Of a DNA stretch of 64,000 nucleotides, positions 1 to 10,186 are shown one piece after another. Every line of letters begins with the position of its first letter. Position 1 is the first letter of the stretch. The translations under genes and the position numbers were made by a program. This DNA is from an uncultured delta proteobacterium (GTDB lineage: Bacteria; Myxococcota_A; Polyangia; Palsa-1104): the NCBI GenBank assembly GCA_963785725.1, contig CAWAWS010000014.1, positions 379,511 to 443,510 on the forward strand. The letters run 5' to 3'. A model generated the notes under the pieces. The model worked only from the letters and a program-made list of their open reading frames with translations. It had not been told where the DNA came from and did not search any database.

Positions 1-670
1 CGGCACGCAGACCTGCCAGGCGCCGGTGACCTCGGGCGCGCAAGGCGACGCCTGCGATCTGCTGCAGGCGATCTCGAGCGTGCCGCCGTGCCAGGCTGGG
101 CTGTTCTGCAAGGTGAACGACACGGCCAACGGCGCCAGCTGCCAACCCAAGATCGCGGCCGGCCAGCCGTGCAACGGCAACGCCACGCTCTCCGCCGACG
201 GCCTCGACGGCCTCGACGACCAGTGCGTCGACGGCACCGCCTGCTTCAGCTTCGACCAGGACAACGCCAACAGCGCCGGCACCTGCGTCCCGTTGGGCGG
301 GCTCGGCGACCAGTGCAAGCTGCTCACCGCGACCCACGGCTCGTGCAAGATCGGCTTCTTCTGCCAGGCGCCTACCGGCAACTTGGTCGGCACCTGCGTC
401 GCGCTGCTTCCCGATGGCCAGTCGTGCGCACAAAACGACGTGTGCGCGGCCTACTCGGATGTCTTGCCGACCGTCTGCATCGCCGACAACGCCGATGCCG
501 GCACCGCCACGACCTGCCAGTCGGCCAAGAGCTTCGGCGACAGCTGCGTGCCCGGCTTCCAAGACGCGCTCTGCTGGCCGGCCGCCGACCCGACGCCGAC
601 GGTGCCGCAGAGCAGCAAGTGCACGCCGACCAGCAACGGCAACGGCGTCTGCGCCCCGATCTGCAACTGA
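1..670 (+). CDS. Cys-rich repeat extracellular protein, 5'-truncated by window edge
   Basis: Frame open from position 2 (GTQTCQAPVTSG...); repeated G-x-x-C...C-x-x-G-x-x-C units; stop TGA at 668-670. Confidence 0.75.
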   Translation, partial: GTQTCQAPVTSGAQGDACDLLQAISSVPPCQAGLFCKVNDTANGASCQPKIAAGQPCNGNATLSADGLDGLDDQCVDGTACFSFDQDNANSAGTCVPLGGLGDQCKLLTATHGSCKIGFFCQAPTGNLVGTCVALLPDGQSCAQNDVCAAYSDVLPTVCIADNADAGTATTCQSAKSFGDSCVPGFQDALCWPAADPTPTVPQSSKCTPTSNGNGVCAPICN

Positions 671-705
671 TTCAGCCGCCTTCCGACCTCGACTAATTCC
701 CTCGA

Positions 706-2850
706 CTACGACGCGGCGAGCGCTGGGCTCGCCGCGGCCTCGTCGTGCACCGGCAGCACCACGGTGAAGGTCGAGCCGACATTGACGCGGCTGCGCACCT
801 CGATCGTGCCGCCGTGGTTCTCGACGATGCGCTGGCTGATCGGCAGGCCGAGCCCGGTGCCTTTGTCCTTCGTCGTGTAAAACGGGATGAACAGGTTCTT
901 AAGCTCCGACGCGACGATTCCCACGCCGGTATCGCGGAAGCGCACTTCCAGGAACTGCGCCGGGCCGCCGCGTCGCCCGCCTTTGCGCAGCGCCGTCGAG
1001 ATCGTCAGCTTGCCGCCGGTCGGCATCGCCTGCACCGCGTTGATCGCCAGGTTCAAGAACACCTGACGCAGCTGCTCGGCGTCGGCGCGGGCGCGCGGCA
1101 GCTCGTCGGCGAGCTGCAAGCTGACCTCGACCGGCGGCGGCGGCGTCTCGGCCGTGTCACCGGGCGCCTGCGGCAGCGGCGGCGGCGTCACCAGCTGCGC
1201 CGACTTGCGCACCACTTCGTTGACGTCGAGCGGCTGCGGCTCACCGCGATAAGGCCGCGCGTAATCCAAGAACTGCGACACGACGCGATTGAGCCGATTG
1301 GCCTCCTCGACGATGATCCCGAGAAACTCGCGCGCTTCGGCGGGCACGCCGTGGCCGTCGTCGCTCGTCGGCGTCAAGAGCTGCGCCGCGCCTTTGATGG
1401 CGCCGAGCGGATTGCGGATCTCGTGCGCGAGACCCGCCGCCATCTCGCCCAGCGCCGCCAAACGATCGCGCTCTTTCATGCGCTCGTAGAGCTTCGAGTT
1501 CTGCATCGTGATCGCCATCTGCGCCGCGACGCCGCGAAAGAGATCGATCTCGTCCGTCGCATACGCTTCGCGCACGCGCTCGTCCTTCAAGCACAAAAGC
1601 CCGATGACTTGGTCGTCGGCGACGATGGGAATGCAGAGCGCCGCGTTCATTTCGTCGAGCGTGCGGGCGATGGCGTCGATCATCTCCGTCTCGGCGCCGG
1701 GCCCGTTGGCGCGCACGGTGTGCTCGCGCTCGAGCTGCTCCATCGACACGACCGTGCCGCGCGTGGCGTTGATGCGCTCGAAGAACGGGCGGCGCGCCGC
1801 GGCGTCGATGCGCTCGACCGGTCGCGGCCCGAGATGGCCGTGCAGCTCGTAACCGCCGCCGTCGGCGTCGACGAGATAGAGCGCCGCGTGCGTCACGCGC
1901 CGCGACTCCTCCAGCGACGAGATCGTGATGCGCACCGCCTCTTTGAGGTCGATGACGTTGGTCAAGACGTGGCGCAAGGCATCGACGCGCGCCTTGAGCT
2001 CGTATTTCTCGCGAAACATCCACTTTTGCACCTGGCCTTCGACGGCCGTGCGCAGCGGATCGAACAAGATGAGGATGACGAACGAGGCCACCAGCGTGTT
2101 GAAGAAGAAGACGCCCGACTGATCGGCGGGAATCCAGGCCACGAGCAGCCCATAAATCGCCGCCAAAATCAGCACGAACGTGGAGATGACGACCATGCGG
2201 CCGAGCAGCTCCGTCAAGTCGAGTAGGCGATAGCGAAACAGCGTCTGCGAGATGAAGTAGAGGTAGACGATCGTCAACACGTTGCCGAGCGCCGGAAACG
2301 GCACGCCGAGGCGCGGCAGGAAGTCGGCGGCGGCGAACCCGATGGCCGCGACGCCGCCGATGAGCAGGTATTTGATGCGGGTCTTCTCGACGCGCGTCAG
2401 GGTCCGCCGGTATTTCCCGTACAGCTCCAGCATCGAGGCGTAGAGCCCGCCGAAGACATAGAGGCCGAGCGCGAGCGTGAACGTGGCCGCGTGATGCACG
2501 CGATAGCGACGGAAGGCGATGGCGTAGCCGATGGCGACGAGGAAGCCGACGGCGCAGGCGATGAGCGGACGCGGCGTGACCGGGCCGCGGCCTTCTTCGG
2601 CCAAGAACACGCGAAAAAAGCGGATCGAGGCGACGGGAATGGCGACGGCGGCGACGAGCGAGACGAAATAGACGGCGTCCCACTCGAGCGTGGCCTGTAG
2701 GAACGTCGTGATGTGCCAGAGACAGAGGACGAAACAAAAGACGGCGAAGAGCCGATACGTACGCTGGCGCCGGTCGCGCAGCACCACCGACGAGCCGATC
2801 GCGAAGCTCACGATGGCCGCGAGCAGCGCCGAAAGCGACTGGATGTTCAC
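706..2850 (-). CDS. Sensor histidine kinase with N-terminal multi-TM region, GAF domain and HisKA/HATPase
   Basis: H-box LAHEIRNPLGAI, N-box QVFLNLAINAVQA, DTGVG, FYTTK and GTGLGL boxes; several hydrophobic N-terminal helices; GAF-like LCIPIVADDQVIGLLCL. Confidence 0.9.
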   Translation of the reverse strand: MNIQSLSALLAAIVSFAIGSSVVLRDRRQRTYRLFAVFCFVLCLWHITTFLQATLEWDAVYFVSLVAAVAIPVASIRFFRVFLAEEGRGPVTPRPLIACAVGFLVAIGYAIAFRRYRVHHAATFTLALGLYVFGGLYASMLELYGKYRRTLTRVEKTRIKYLLIGGVAAIGFAAADFLPRLGVPFPALGNVLTIVYLYFISQTLFRYRLLDLTELLGRMVVISTFVLILAAIYGLLVAWIPADQSGVFFFNTLVASFVILILFDPLRTAVEGQVQKWMFREKYELKARVDALRHVLTNVIDLKEAVRITISSLEESRRVTHAALYLVDADGGGYELHGHLGPRPVERIDAAARRPFFERINATRGTVVSMEQLEREHTVRANGPGAETEMIDAIARTLDEMNAALCIPIVADDQVIGLLCLKDERVREAYATDEIDLFRGVAAQMAITMQNSKLYERMKERDRLAALGEMAAGLAHEIRNPLGAIKGAAQLLTPTSDDGHGVPAEAREFLGIIVEEANRLNRVVSQFLDYARPYRGEPQPLDVNEVVRKSAQLVTPPPLPQAPGDTAETPPPPVEVSLQLADELPRARADAEQLRQVFLNLAINAVQAMPTGGKLTISTALRKGGRRGGPAQFLEVRFRDTGVGIVASELKNLFIPFYTTKDKGTGLGLPISQRIVENHGGTIEVRSRVNVGSTFTVVLPVHDEAAASPALAAS

Positions 2851-2856
2851 AGGTAA

Positions 2857-2888
2857 ATCATAGCATCGCCCTATTCACAGGTTATAAT
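2857..2888. promoter_or_regulatory. Back-to-back -10 elements for the divergent kinase and selA genes
   Basis: TATAAT (+, 2883-2888) 5 nt before GTG 2894; TATGAT (-, 2862-2857) 6 nt before GTG 2850. Confidence 0.5.
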
Positions 2889-2893
2889 GATGG

Positions 2894-4321
2894 GTGAGCA
2901 TGCAACCGCCCGCCGACCTGAACGCGGCGCTACGGCAACTGCCCAAGGTGGATGAGGTGCTCGCTTCGCCGTCGCTGCGCGATCTGCTGGAGCGGGCTCC
3001 TCGTTGGGCGGTGGTGACGGCAGTGCGCGGCCGGATCGAGAAAATGCGCGAGCAGTTCCGCGCCGATATCGCGGCGACGCGGCAAATTGCCGGCGAAATC
3101 GCGGTGAACCCGGCCGAGGTCGCGGCCGACGTCGCGGCGCTGCTGGCGCCGTCGCTGCAGCCGGTCATCAACGCGACGGGCGTGGTGCTGCATACGAACT
3201 TGGGGCGCGCGCCGCTGGCCGAGCGCGCCGTGCAGCGCGTCGTCGACGTGGCGCGCGGCTATTGCAACTTGGAGTATCAGCTCGACGAGCGGCGGCGCGG
3301 CTCGCGGCACGATCATGTCGCGGCGCTGTTGGCGGCGTTGACCGGCGCCGAAGACGCGCTCGTCGTCAACAACTGCGCCGGCGCCGTCTTGTTGGCGCTG
3401 TCGCAGCTGGCGGGCACCTCCTCGCGAGCGCGCGGCGTCGTCGTGTCGCGCGGCGAGCTCGTCGAGATCGGCGGCTCGTTCCGCGTGCCCGACGTCATGC
3501 GCGCGTCCGGCGCCACGCTCGTCGAAGTGGGCACGACCAATCGCACCCACGCGCGCGACTACGAAGGCGCGATCGTCGACGGCGAGACGGCGCTGCTCTT
3601 GAAGGTCCACCGCTCGAACTTCGCCATCGTCGGCTTCACGCACGAGGTGTCGACGGCCGAGCTGGCGACGATCGGACGCGCGCGCAACCTGCCCGTGATG
3701 GTCGACTTGGGCTCGGGCGCGCTCGCCGACCTGCGCGCGGTGACCGACGCCGACGAGCCGCGCGTGCAAGCGGTCGTCGCCGCCGGCGCCGATGTCGTCA
3801 CCTTCAGCGGCGACAAGCTGCTCGGCGGTCCGCAAGCGGGCATCCTCGTCGGCAAGCGCACGCACGTGCAGGCCATGCGGTCGCATCCGCTGCTGCGCGC
3901 GCTGCGGCCCGATAAGCTGACGCTCGCGGCGCTGGAGGCGACGCTCGAGCTCTATCGCGACGGCCACAGCCACGAGATCCCGACGCTGGCGATGCTGGCG
4001 ACGCCCGAGCCGACGCTGCAAGCGCGCGCCGAGACGCTGGCCGCGTTATGCGTGAAGGCGGCGCCGGCGTTGACGTTCACGCCGGCGCGCGTGCGCTCGG
4101 CCGTTGGCGGCGGCGCGCTGCCGACGGTGGAGCCATGGTCGTGGGCGGTCGCCGTCAGCTCCGCAGACGTCTCCGCCGACACGCTCGATGCTCGTTTACG
4201 CGCGGCGAATCCGCCGATCGTCGGCCGAATCGCCGCCGATCGCTTATTGCTCGATGTCAGAACCGTGGGGGATGCACACTTGCCCGTCGTGGCGCGGGCG
4301 TTCGAGGCCAACCTTGGTTAA
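2894..4321 (+). CDS. selA: L-seryl-tRNA(Sec) selenium transferase
   Basis: Motifs VINATGVVLHTNLGRAPL, VSRGELVEIGGSFRVPDVM, EVGTTNRTH, FSGDKLLGGPQAG (PLP lysine). Confidence 0.97.
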   Translation: MSMQPPADLNAALRQLPKVDEVLASPSLRDLLERAPRWAVVTAVRGRIEKMREQFRADIAATRQIAGEIAVNPAEVAADVAALLAPSLQPVINATGVVLHTNLGRAPLAERAVQRVVDVARGYCNLEYQLDERRRGSRHDHVAALLAALTGAEDALVVNNCAGAVLLALSQLAGTSSRARGVVVSRGELVEIGGSFRVPDVMRASGATLVEVGTTNRTHARDYEGAIVDGETALLLKVHRSNFAIVGFTHEVSTAELATIGRARNLPVMVDLGSGALADLRAVTDADEPRVQAVVAAGADVVTFSGDKLLGGPQAGILVGKRTHVQAMRSHPLLRALRPDKLTLAALEATLELYRDGHSHEIPTLAMLATPEPTLQARAETLAALCVKAAPALTFTPARVRSAVGGGALPTVEPWSWAVAVSSADVSADTLDARLRAANPPIVGRIAADRLLLDVRTVGDAHLPVVARAFEANLG

Positions 4322-4913
4322 TTCCAGCGTCCTTGTCCTCAACAAGCATTATCAACCGGTGCATGTCACGTCGGTGAAGCGCGCGTTCGCGCTTCTGTAT
4401 ATCGGCGCGGCGCGGGTGATCGAGCCCGATTTCTCGACGTTCGACTTCACCAGCTGGGCGGATTTGGCGATCGCCGAGCACGAGGTCATCCACACGATCG
4501 GCCGCGCGATCCGCATTCCGCGCGTGATCGTCTTGCAGATGTACGATCGTCTGCCGCGGACGAAGGTGCGCTTCTCGCGCCTCAACATCTACGCCCGCGA
4601 CGACAACACGTGCCAATACTGCGCGCAGAAGCTGCCGCGCACGCACCTCAACCTCGACCACGTCATTCCGCGCGCCCGCGGCGGCCGCACGACGTGGGAG
4701 AACGTCGTCTGCTGCTGCGTGCCCTGCAACTTGAAGAAGGGCGCGAAGCTCGTGCACGAGGCGAACATGAAGCTGCTCAAGAAGCCGGAGCGGCCCAAGT
4801 GGAACCCGAGCTTCCGCGCGCCCGGCGGCCGCATCGCCTATCGCGAATGGCTGCCGTTCATCGGCGTCGTCGATGCCAGCTACTGGAACACCGAGCTCAC
4901 CGACGAAGACTGA
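4314..4913 (+). CDS. HNH endonuclease (McrA-like)
   Basis: VLVLNKHYQP N-terminus, RDDNTCQYC, DHVIPRARGG, WENVVCCCVPCNLKKG; TTG start overlaps the selA stop. Confidence 0.9.
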   Translation: MVNSSVLVLNKHYQPVHVTSVKRAFALLYIGAARVIEPDFSTFDFTSWADLAIAEHEVIHTIGRAIRIPRVIVLQMYDRLPRTKVRFSRLNIYARDDNTCQYCAQKLPRTHLNLDHVIPRARGGRTTWENVVCCCVPCNLKKGAKLVHEANMKLLKKPERPKWNPSFRAPGGRIAYREWLPFIGVVDASYWNTELTDED

Positions 4914-4960
4914 GCGCGCTTCACGTGGGGTTGAACCGTCGCCGTTCGCAGCAGGTCTAA

Positions 4961-5611
4961 ATGAGCCATTTCATCATCGAGCATGATTATGTCGTCGTGC
5001 TGCCGCGGCCGCAGTCGGTCGTCGAATGGGCCGACATCGAAGGCTGGCTCTGCGAGCGCGCCGAGCGTTTATTGCCGCTCCTGACGCCACCCGATCACGT
5101 CGCGCGCGCGCATTCGGGCGAGGCGTGGGCGATCCTCGATCCCGAATACGACTCGGGCCGCATGTGCGTCGAGCTCGAGCGGCCGCTGCGGCTGTCGGAG
5201 CGGACCGACGAAACCGCATATCTCCGCGTCATGCTCGCCGTCGCGGGCACGAGCGCGCCCACGCCGCCCGCCGAGCTCGCGGTCGAAGTCAGCGTCGCGC
5301 AGGAGCTGGAGGTGGCCAAACCCGAGTCGCTGCGCGATCGCGTGGAGCTCGGCGTCGTCATGGGCGGCGCCGCGCTCGCCGCTGTCGCGGCGTTCTGGCT
5401 CGTGACGCGCGCCGACCACGGGCTCGGCCTGGCCGTCACCGCCGCGATCTTCGCCTTCATCGGCGGTTTGATCGGGCTCATCGTCCTCATGCAGCGGCTG
5501 CCCAATCGGGCGCGCACGGAGATGGCCGCCCGCGAGCCGGGTCCGTCGCAGGAGCTGGGCGCGCTGCTGGCCGCGGTGGCGACGCAATATCCACCGCCGG
5601 CGAGCACCTAG
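4961..5611 (+). CDS. Hypothetical membrane protein (two TM helices)
   Basis: 216-aa ORF filling the gap between co-oriented genes, with two hydrophobic segments. Confidence 0.6.
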   Translation: MSHFIIEHDYVVVLPRPQSVVEWADIEGWLCERAERLLPLLTPPDHVARAHSGEAWAILDPEYDSGRMCVELERPLRLSERTDETAYLRVMLAVAGTSAPTPPAELAVEVSVAQELEVAKPESLRDRVELGVVMGGAALAAVAAFWLVTRADHGLGLAVTAAIFAFIGGLIGLIVLMQRLPNRARTEMAAREPGPSQELGALLAAVATQYPPPAST

Positions 5612-5617
5612 CGTCGC

Positions 5618-6202
5618 ATGTGGCAGGTCGACTGGGAGATCGATCGCGAAGCCTACGCCGCCGAGCTGCGCCGCTTCGCGTCTGAGCCGGCCGGCCATCG
5701 TCCGCTCGTCTTCGTCGGCGACAGCTTGACGGCGTGGAGCCGCTTCGACACGCGTATTCCCGGCGCCGTCTTGCGCGGCATCGCCGGCGATCAAGCCGAT
5801 CTCGTGCGCGATCGGCTGGCCGAAGTCGTCACGCGCACGCCGACGCAGCTGTTCCTCATGATCGGGCTCAACGATCTGCAGCGCGCGCATCCGCCGGCGC
5901 AAGTGGCCGACGACATCGCCGCGTCGGTCGACTTCGTGCGCCGACATTCGCCGGCGACGCAGATCGTCGTGCAGAGCGTGCTGCCGTCGACGAGCGCGGA
6001 GCTGCAGGCGCAGATCGTCGCGCTCAATCCGCGCTTGCGGAGGCTGGCGGCCGACCGCGCGCAGACGTGGCTCGACGTGCACGCGCAGTTCCTGCTGCCG
6101 AACGGTCGCGTCCGCCCCGGCCTGCTTCAGCCCGATCATGTGCACCTGACCGAAGCCGGCTACGACGCCTGGCTGACCGCGCTGAAACCGCTGCTGCCGT
6201 AG
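5618..6202 (+). CDS. GDSL/SGNH hydrolase
   Basis: Blocks FVGDSLT, RGIAGD, IGLND and DHVH. Confidence 0.9.
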   Translation: MWQVDWEIDREAYAAELRRFASEPAGHRPLVFVGDSLTAWSRFDTRIPGAVLRGIAGDQADLVRDRLAEVVTRTPTQLFLMIGLNDLQRAHPPAQVADDIAASVDFVRRHSPATQIVVQSVLPSTSAELQAQIVALNPRLRRLAADRAQTWLDVHAQFLLPNGRVRPGLLQPDHVHLTEAGYDAWLTALKPLLP

Positions 6203-6367
6203 GCGTTCGTCGTGGCTCATCGGGTCGTCGCGGCTCGCCGAATCTTCGGGCACGCCGAGATCCACGGGCACGATCGGGCTCAGCGGCGACGGCTTGCACG
6301 GCGGCTCGACGCACGCGATTTGCACGCGAAGCTATGGCGCGAGGCCAATTCGCGATACGCTGGCGTC

Positions 6368-7944
6368 GTGGTCGACGCAGACGAGTCCGAAGACGCGCCT
6401 TCTAGTGAACGCGCGTCCGGCGCCGGAGCCGGCGGCCGTCGCATCATCGCCATCGGCGGCGGCAAAGGCGGCGTCGGCAAATCGCTGCTCGCGGCCAACC
6501 TCGCCATCTACTTGGCGCAGCTCGGCAAGCGCGTCGTGCTCATCGACGCCGACTTGGGCGGCGCCAACTTGCACACCTTCGTCGGCGTCGAGCGCCCGTC
6601 GGTGACGCTGGGCGACTTCTTCGACAAGCGCGTCGCCCGCATCGAAGACTGCGTCGTCGAGACGCCGGTCAAAGGGCTGGGCCTCGTCTCCGGCGAAGGC
6701 GATCCTTTGTGGGCGGCCAATCCGCGCCCGGCGACGAAGAACCGCCTGATCAACCAAGTGCGTGAGATCGATACCGATTACTTGATCTGCGACTTGCCGC
6801 CGGGCTCCGGTTTCATCGCGCTCGACTTCTTCTTGGTGGCGCACTTGGGCGTGCTCGTCGTCGTGCCCGAGCCGACCAGCGTCGAGAACACGTTTCGCTT
6901 CATCAAGTCGGCGTTTTTGCGCCGGCTGCGCGATATCCAGAAGGTCGACAAGCTGCCGGTCGATCGCACGTTCGAGGGCGGCATGCCATCGCCGCTCGAT
7001 CTCTATCACGCGGCCAAAGAGACGGATCCGGCGCTGGCGGCGCGCGTGCTCGAGGAGATCCAGCGCTTTCGCCCGCGCCTGGTCGTCAACCAGACGCGCA
7101 CGCGCGCCGATCTCGACTTGGGCGCGCAGCTGCGCTCGGCCGGCCGGCGTCGCCTCGGCCTCAACATCGATTACTTGGGCCACCTGGAATCGGACGACGC
7201 CGTCTGGCTGGCGGTGCGCAAACGGCGGCCGCTCATCGTCGACTACCCGGAAGCGAAGGTGTCGAAGAACGTCGAGCGCATCGTGCGGCGGCTGTTGGCG
7301 ACGGAGCAGGGCGAGCGCGCCTTCGATCCGCCCAAGCGCACCGAGGAGCAGACACTTTACGAGGTGCTTGGAGATCGATCCCGGCGCCAGCGACGAGGAG
7401 ATTCGCCGCGCGTCGAAGCGCATGCGCGAGATGTACGCCAACGAGTCGATGGTCGTGTGCGGCCTGTACACGCCCGAGCGGCTCGCGGTCGTGCATCAGC
7501 GACTGGAAGAGGCCTACGACACGCTGCTGGACCAAGACAAGCGCAAGACCTACGACATCAAGCTCTTTCCCGATGGCATTCCGGCGCGCGCGGCGGTCGG
7601 CTCGCCGTCGGGCACGACGCCGGTCGTGGCCGGGCCGTCCAAAGACGACACGCCGCTGCGCGTCGACATCCCGGAGCCGATCGTCGACGTCAACACCGAG
7701 ATCACGGGCGAGCTGCTCAAGCAGGTGCGCGAGGCGCGGCACGTAGATCTGGCGACCATCGCGCAGCGCAGTAAAGTCTCGCTGCATCACCTGCGCTCGA
7801 TCGAGGAAGAGAACTGGCGGGTCATGCCGGCGCCGGTCTATCTGCGCGGCTTTTTGGTCGAAATTGCCCGCTTTTTACGGCTCGATCCGACCCAAGTGAC
7901 GCGCAGCTACCTCGCCCGCTACCATAAATCCAAGGCGACTGTAG
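6368..7944 (+). CDS. FlhG/MinD-like P-loop ATPase fused to a J-like domain and a C-terminal HTH; frameshift near 7370, 3' end uncertain (second frame open to 8168)
   Basis: GGKGGVGKS, DADLGGANLHT, VVVPEPTSVEN; TLYEVL continues as EIDPGASDEEIRRA in another frame; C-terminal GELLKQVREARHVDLATIAQRSKV...PAPVYLRGFL (RodZ-type HTH). Confidence 0.8.
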
Positions 7945-7961
7945 CCGACGAGCCGGGCCTG

Positions 7962-7990
7962 TTGAATGTTCGGCGGCCACGTCATAAGAT
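7962..7990 (+). promoter_or_regulatory. sigma70-type promoter, probably leaderless, for the 7997 ORF and rluD
   Basis: TTGAAT-17 nt-TAAGAT, then 6 nt to ATG 7997. Confidence 0.55.
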
Positions 7991-7996
7991 CGCCGT

Positions 7997-8260
7997 ATGC
8001 AGCTCATCGACAAGCCGGATCGCGCCCGCCAACTCGCGCGCGCCATCGCGTCGGACCTCACGCTCTATCACGAGAAAGAGATCGTCGAGGGCATCGAAAA
8101 CGACACGCTTTTCGTCGTCATGCGCGAGCACATCGAGGAGGGCCGGGCGCTGTTCAAGAGCCGCGTGACTCCCGAGATCTATCAATTGAATCTGTATGAT
8201 CGCGCGATCATCGACGTCATGATCAAGAGCAAGGGTCACGTCAAATCCAAGATTTGGTAG
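7997..8260 (+). CDS. Small hypothetical protein (87 aa) upstream of rluD
   Basis: Protein-like composition (ARQLARAIASDLTLYH...); promoter immediately upstream; stop overlaps the rluD start. Confidence 0.8.
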   Translation: MQLIDKPDRARQLARAIASDLTLYHEKEIVEGIENDTLFVVMREHIEEGRALFKSRVTPEIYQLNLYDRAIIDVMIKSKGHVKSKIW

Positions 8261-9204
8261 CGCCGGAATCAAGCGGTTTACGAGCTCACGGTCGACGCGT
8301 CGGGCGAGGGCGAGCGGCTCGACGTCTGGCTGGCGCGACAAGGCTTGCCGTGGTCGCGCTCGCAGATCAGCCGCCGCATCGACGAGGGCGAAGTGCGCGT
8401 CGACGGCCAGACGGCGCGACCGGCGCGCAAGCTGAAGGCCAAAGAGCGCGTCGTGTTCACGCCGCCGCCGATCGTGACGGTCGAAGATCGGCCGGAAAAT
8501 ATCCCGCTCACGGTCCTCTACGAAGATTCGCACCTCATCGTCATCGACAAGCCGGCGGGGATGGTCGTCCATCCGGCGACGTCGCACCAGGCCGGCACGC
8601 TGGTGAACGCGCTGCTCCATCACTGCGGCGATTCGCTGCAGGGCGTCGGCGGCGAGCGGCGGCCGGGCATCGTGCATCGGCTCGACAAGGACACGTCGGG
8701 CGTCATGGTCGTGGCCAAGAACGAGCCGACGTTGGTGGCGCTGCAGACGCTGTTCGCGGCGCACGATCTCGAGCGCAGCTACGTGGCCATCGTCGAAGGG
8801 GTAGTCGCGGAGCAGGGCAGCTTCAAGACGAAATACGGGCGCGATCCCAACGATCGCAAGAAGTTCTCGTCCGAAGTGCAGTCGGGCAAGCGGGCGGTGA
8901 CGCACTGGCGCGTGCGTCGAGCGGCTCGCCGGCGCGACGCTCGTCGAAGTGTCGCTGGAGACGGGGCGGACGCATCAGATTCGCGTGCACTTCTCCGACG
9001 ACGGGCACGCGCTCATCGGCGATCGCACTTACGGGCGGCCGCCGCGCGAGGCGCACGCTGCGCGGCGTCGCGCGTACACTCGGGCGGCAGGCGCTGCATG
9101 CGCGCGTCCTCGGCTTCGTCCATCCGGCGACGGGGCAGAAGATGCGCTGGACGGCGGAGCCGCCCGCCGACTTCGCGACGGCGCTGGCGGCTCTGCGCGG
9201 CTGA
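8254..9204 (+). CDS. rluD: RluA/RluD family pseudouridine synthase; frameshifts near 8280, 8920 and 9058
   Basis: S4-like [59 protein letters not shown] spread over successive frames. Confidence 0.9.
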   Translation: MVAPESSGLRAHGRRVGRGRAARRLAGATRLAVVALADQPPHRRGRSARRRPDGATGAQAEGQRARRVHAAADRDGRRSAGKYPAHGPLRRFAPHRHRQAGGDGRPSGDVAPGRHAGERAAPSLRRFAAGRRRRAAAGHRASARQGHVGRHGRGQERADVGGAADAVRGARSRAQLRGHRRRGSRGAGQLQDEIRARSQRSQEVLVRSAVGQAGGDALARASSGSPARRSSKCRWRRGGRIRFACTSPTTGTRSSAIALTGGRRARRTLRGVARTLGRQALHARVLGFVHPATGQKMRWTAEPPADFATALAALRG

Positions 9205-9362
9205 CCGCGATGCGCGGCGCCGCGTTTCGGTCGCGCCCGCCTGATGTGACGCCGCCGACAGGGCGACCAAAGCACGACAGCCTTGTCCGGTTGTCGACGG
9301 CGTGGCGACGGCTTCGCGCCCGCGGTTTGGGCTAACTCCTTGCGGTGACTGCGCTTAGGCGA

Positions 9363-9379
9363 CTGGCATCGCGCCTGCT
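9363..9379 (+). promoter_or_regulatory. Putative sigma54 promoter
   Basis: CTGGCATCGCGCCTGCT fits GG-N10-GC spacing, about 30 nt before ATG 9410 (RBS GGAGGA). Confidence 0.5.
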
Positions 9380-9409
9380 TTGGGCCGGTGGACCATGCCG
9401 GAGGATTCC

Positions 9410-10153
9410 ATGCGCGTCGTCGTTCTCGCTTTGGTTCTATCGCCTGCGCTCGCGTTCGCCCAAGCGCCGGTCGCCGCGCCGCAGCCGATCTTGCCGGCGG
9501 GCATGATTGCCGTGCCGCAGCCGCAGCCGGTGCAGCCGCAGGTGGTTGCCGTGCCGCAGCCGCAGCCGCAAATGGTCGTGCCCGCGCCGCAGGCGGCCGA
9601 GCCGTCCGAATGCGTGACGACGACGACCATTCGCTGCACCGGCGCCGCCGCGCCCTATGCCGTGCCGCGGCCGCAGCCGCCGGCGATCATCGTGCCCGCG
9701 CCGCAGCCGCAGCCGCAGCCGATGATGCGTCCGACGTTGATGCTCGATCCGCACGCCGCCCTCGGCGACGGCTGGCATCTCGAGCAGACGCCCGACGGCG
9801 TCATCTGGCGCACGCGCAAACGCTCGAGCGACTCGCCGGCCGTGTGGGGCACCGGTCTGGCGTTGTGGCTGGGCAGCTACGCCATCGCCGCCGGCGTCGG
9901 CACCAGCAACGGCGACTTCTCGCTGATCGCGTGGTGGCCGATCTTGGGCGCGTTCTTCGCCGCCGCCGGCACCGATTCGACGGGCGGCAAGATTTTGTGG
10001 ACCGCCGACGGCTTGGCGCAGGCCGGCGGCTTCATCGCCTTCCTCGTCGGCTTGGCCGTCGGTCCCGAGAAGATGGAGCGCGAGCCGGTCCTCGTCACGC
10101 CCATCAGCCTCGCCGGCGGCGGCAGCGGCGTCGGCATCATCGGCCGTTTTTGA
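9410..10153 (+). CDS. Exported Pro/Gln-rich protein with C-terminal Gly-rich hydrophobic helices
   Basis: Signal peptide MRVVVLALVLSPALAFA, PQPQP repeats, ends GVGIIGRF. Confidence 0.7.
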   Translation: MRVVVLALVLSPALAFAQAPVAAPQPILPAGMIAVPQPQPVQPQVVAVPQPQPQMVVPAPQAAEPSECVTTTTIRCTGAAAPYAVPRPQPPAIIVPAPQPQPQPMMRPTLMLDPHAALGDGWHLEQTPDGVIWRTRKRSSDSPAVWGTGLALWLGSYAIAAGVGTSNGDFSLIAWWPILGAFFAAAGTDSTGGKILWTADGLAQAGGFIAFLVGLAVGPEKMEREPVLVTPISLAGGGSGVGIIGRF

Positions 10154-10186
10154 GCGTCATCCGCTATCTCCGCTAATATTGACCGC

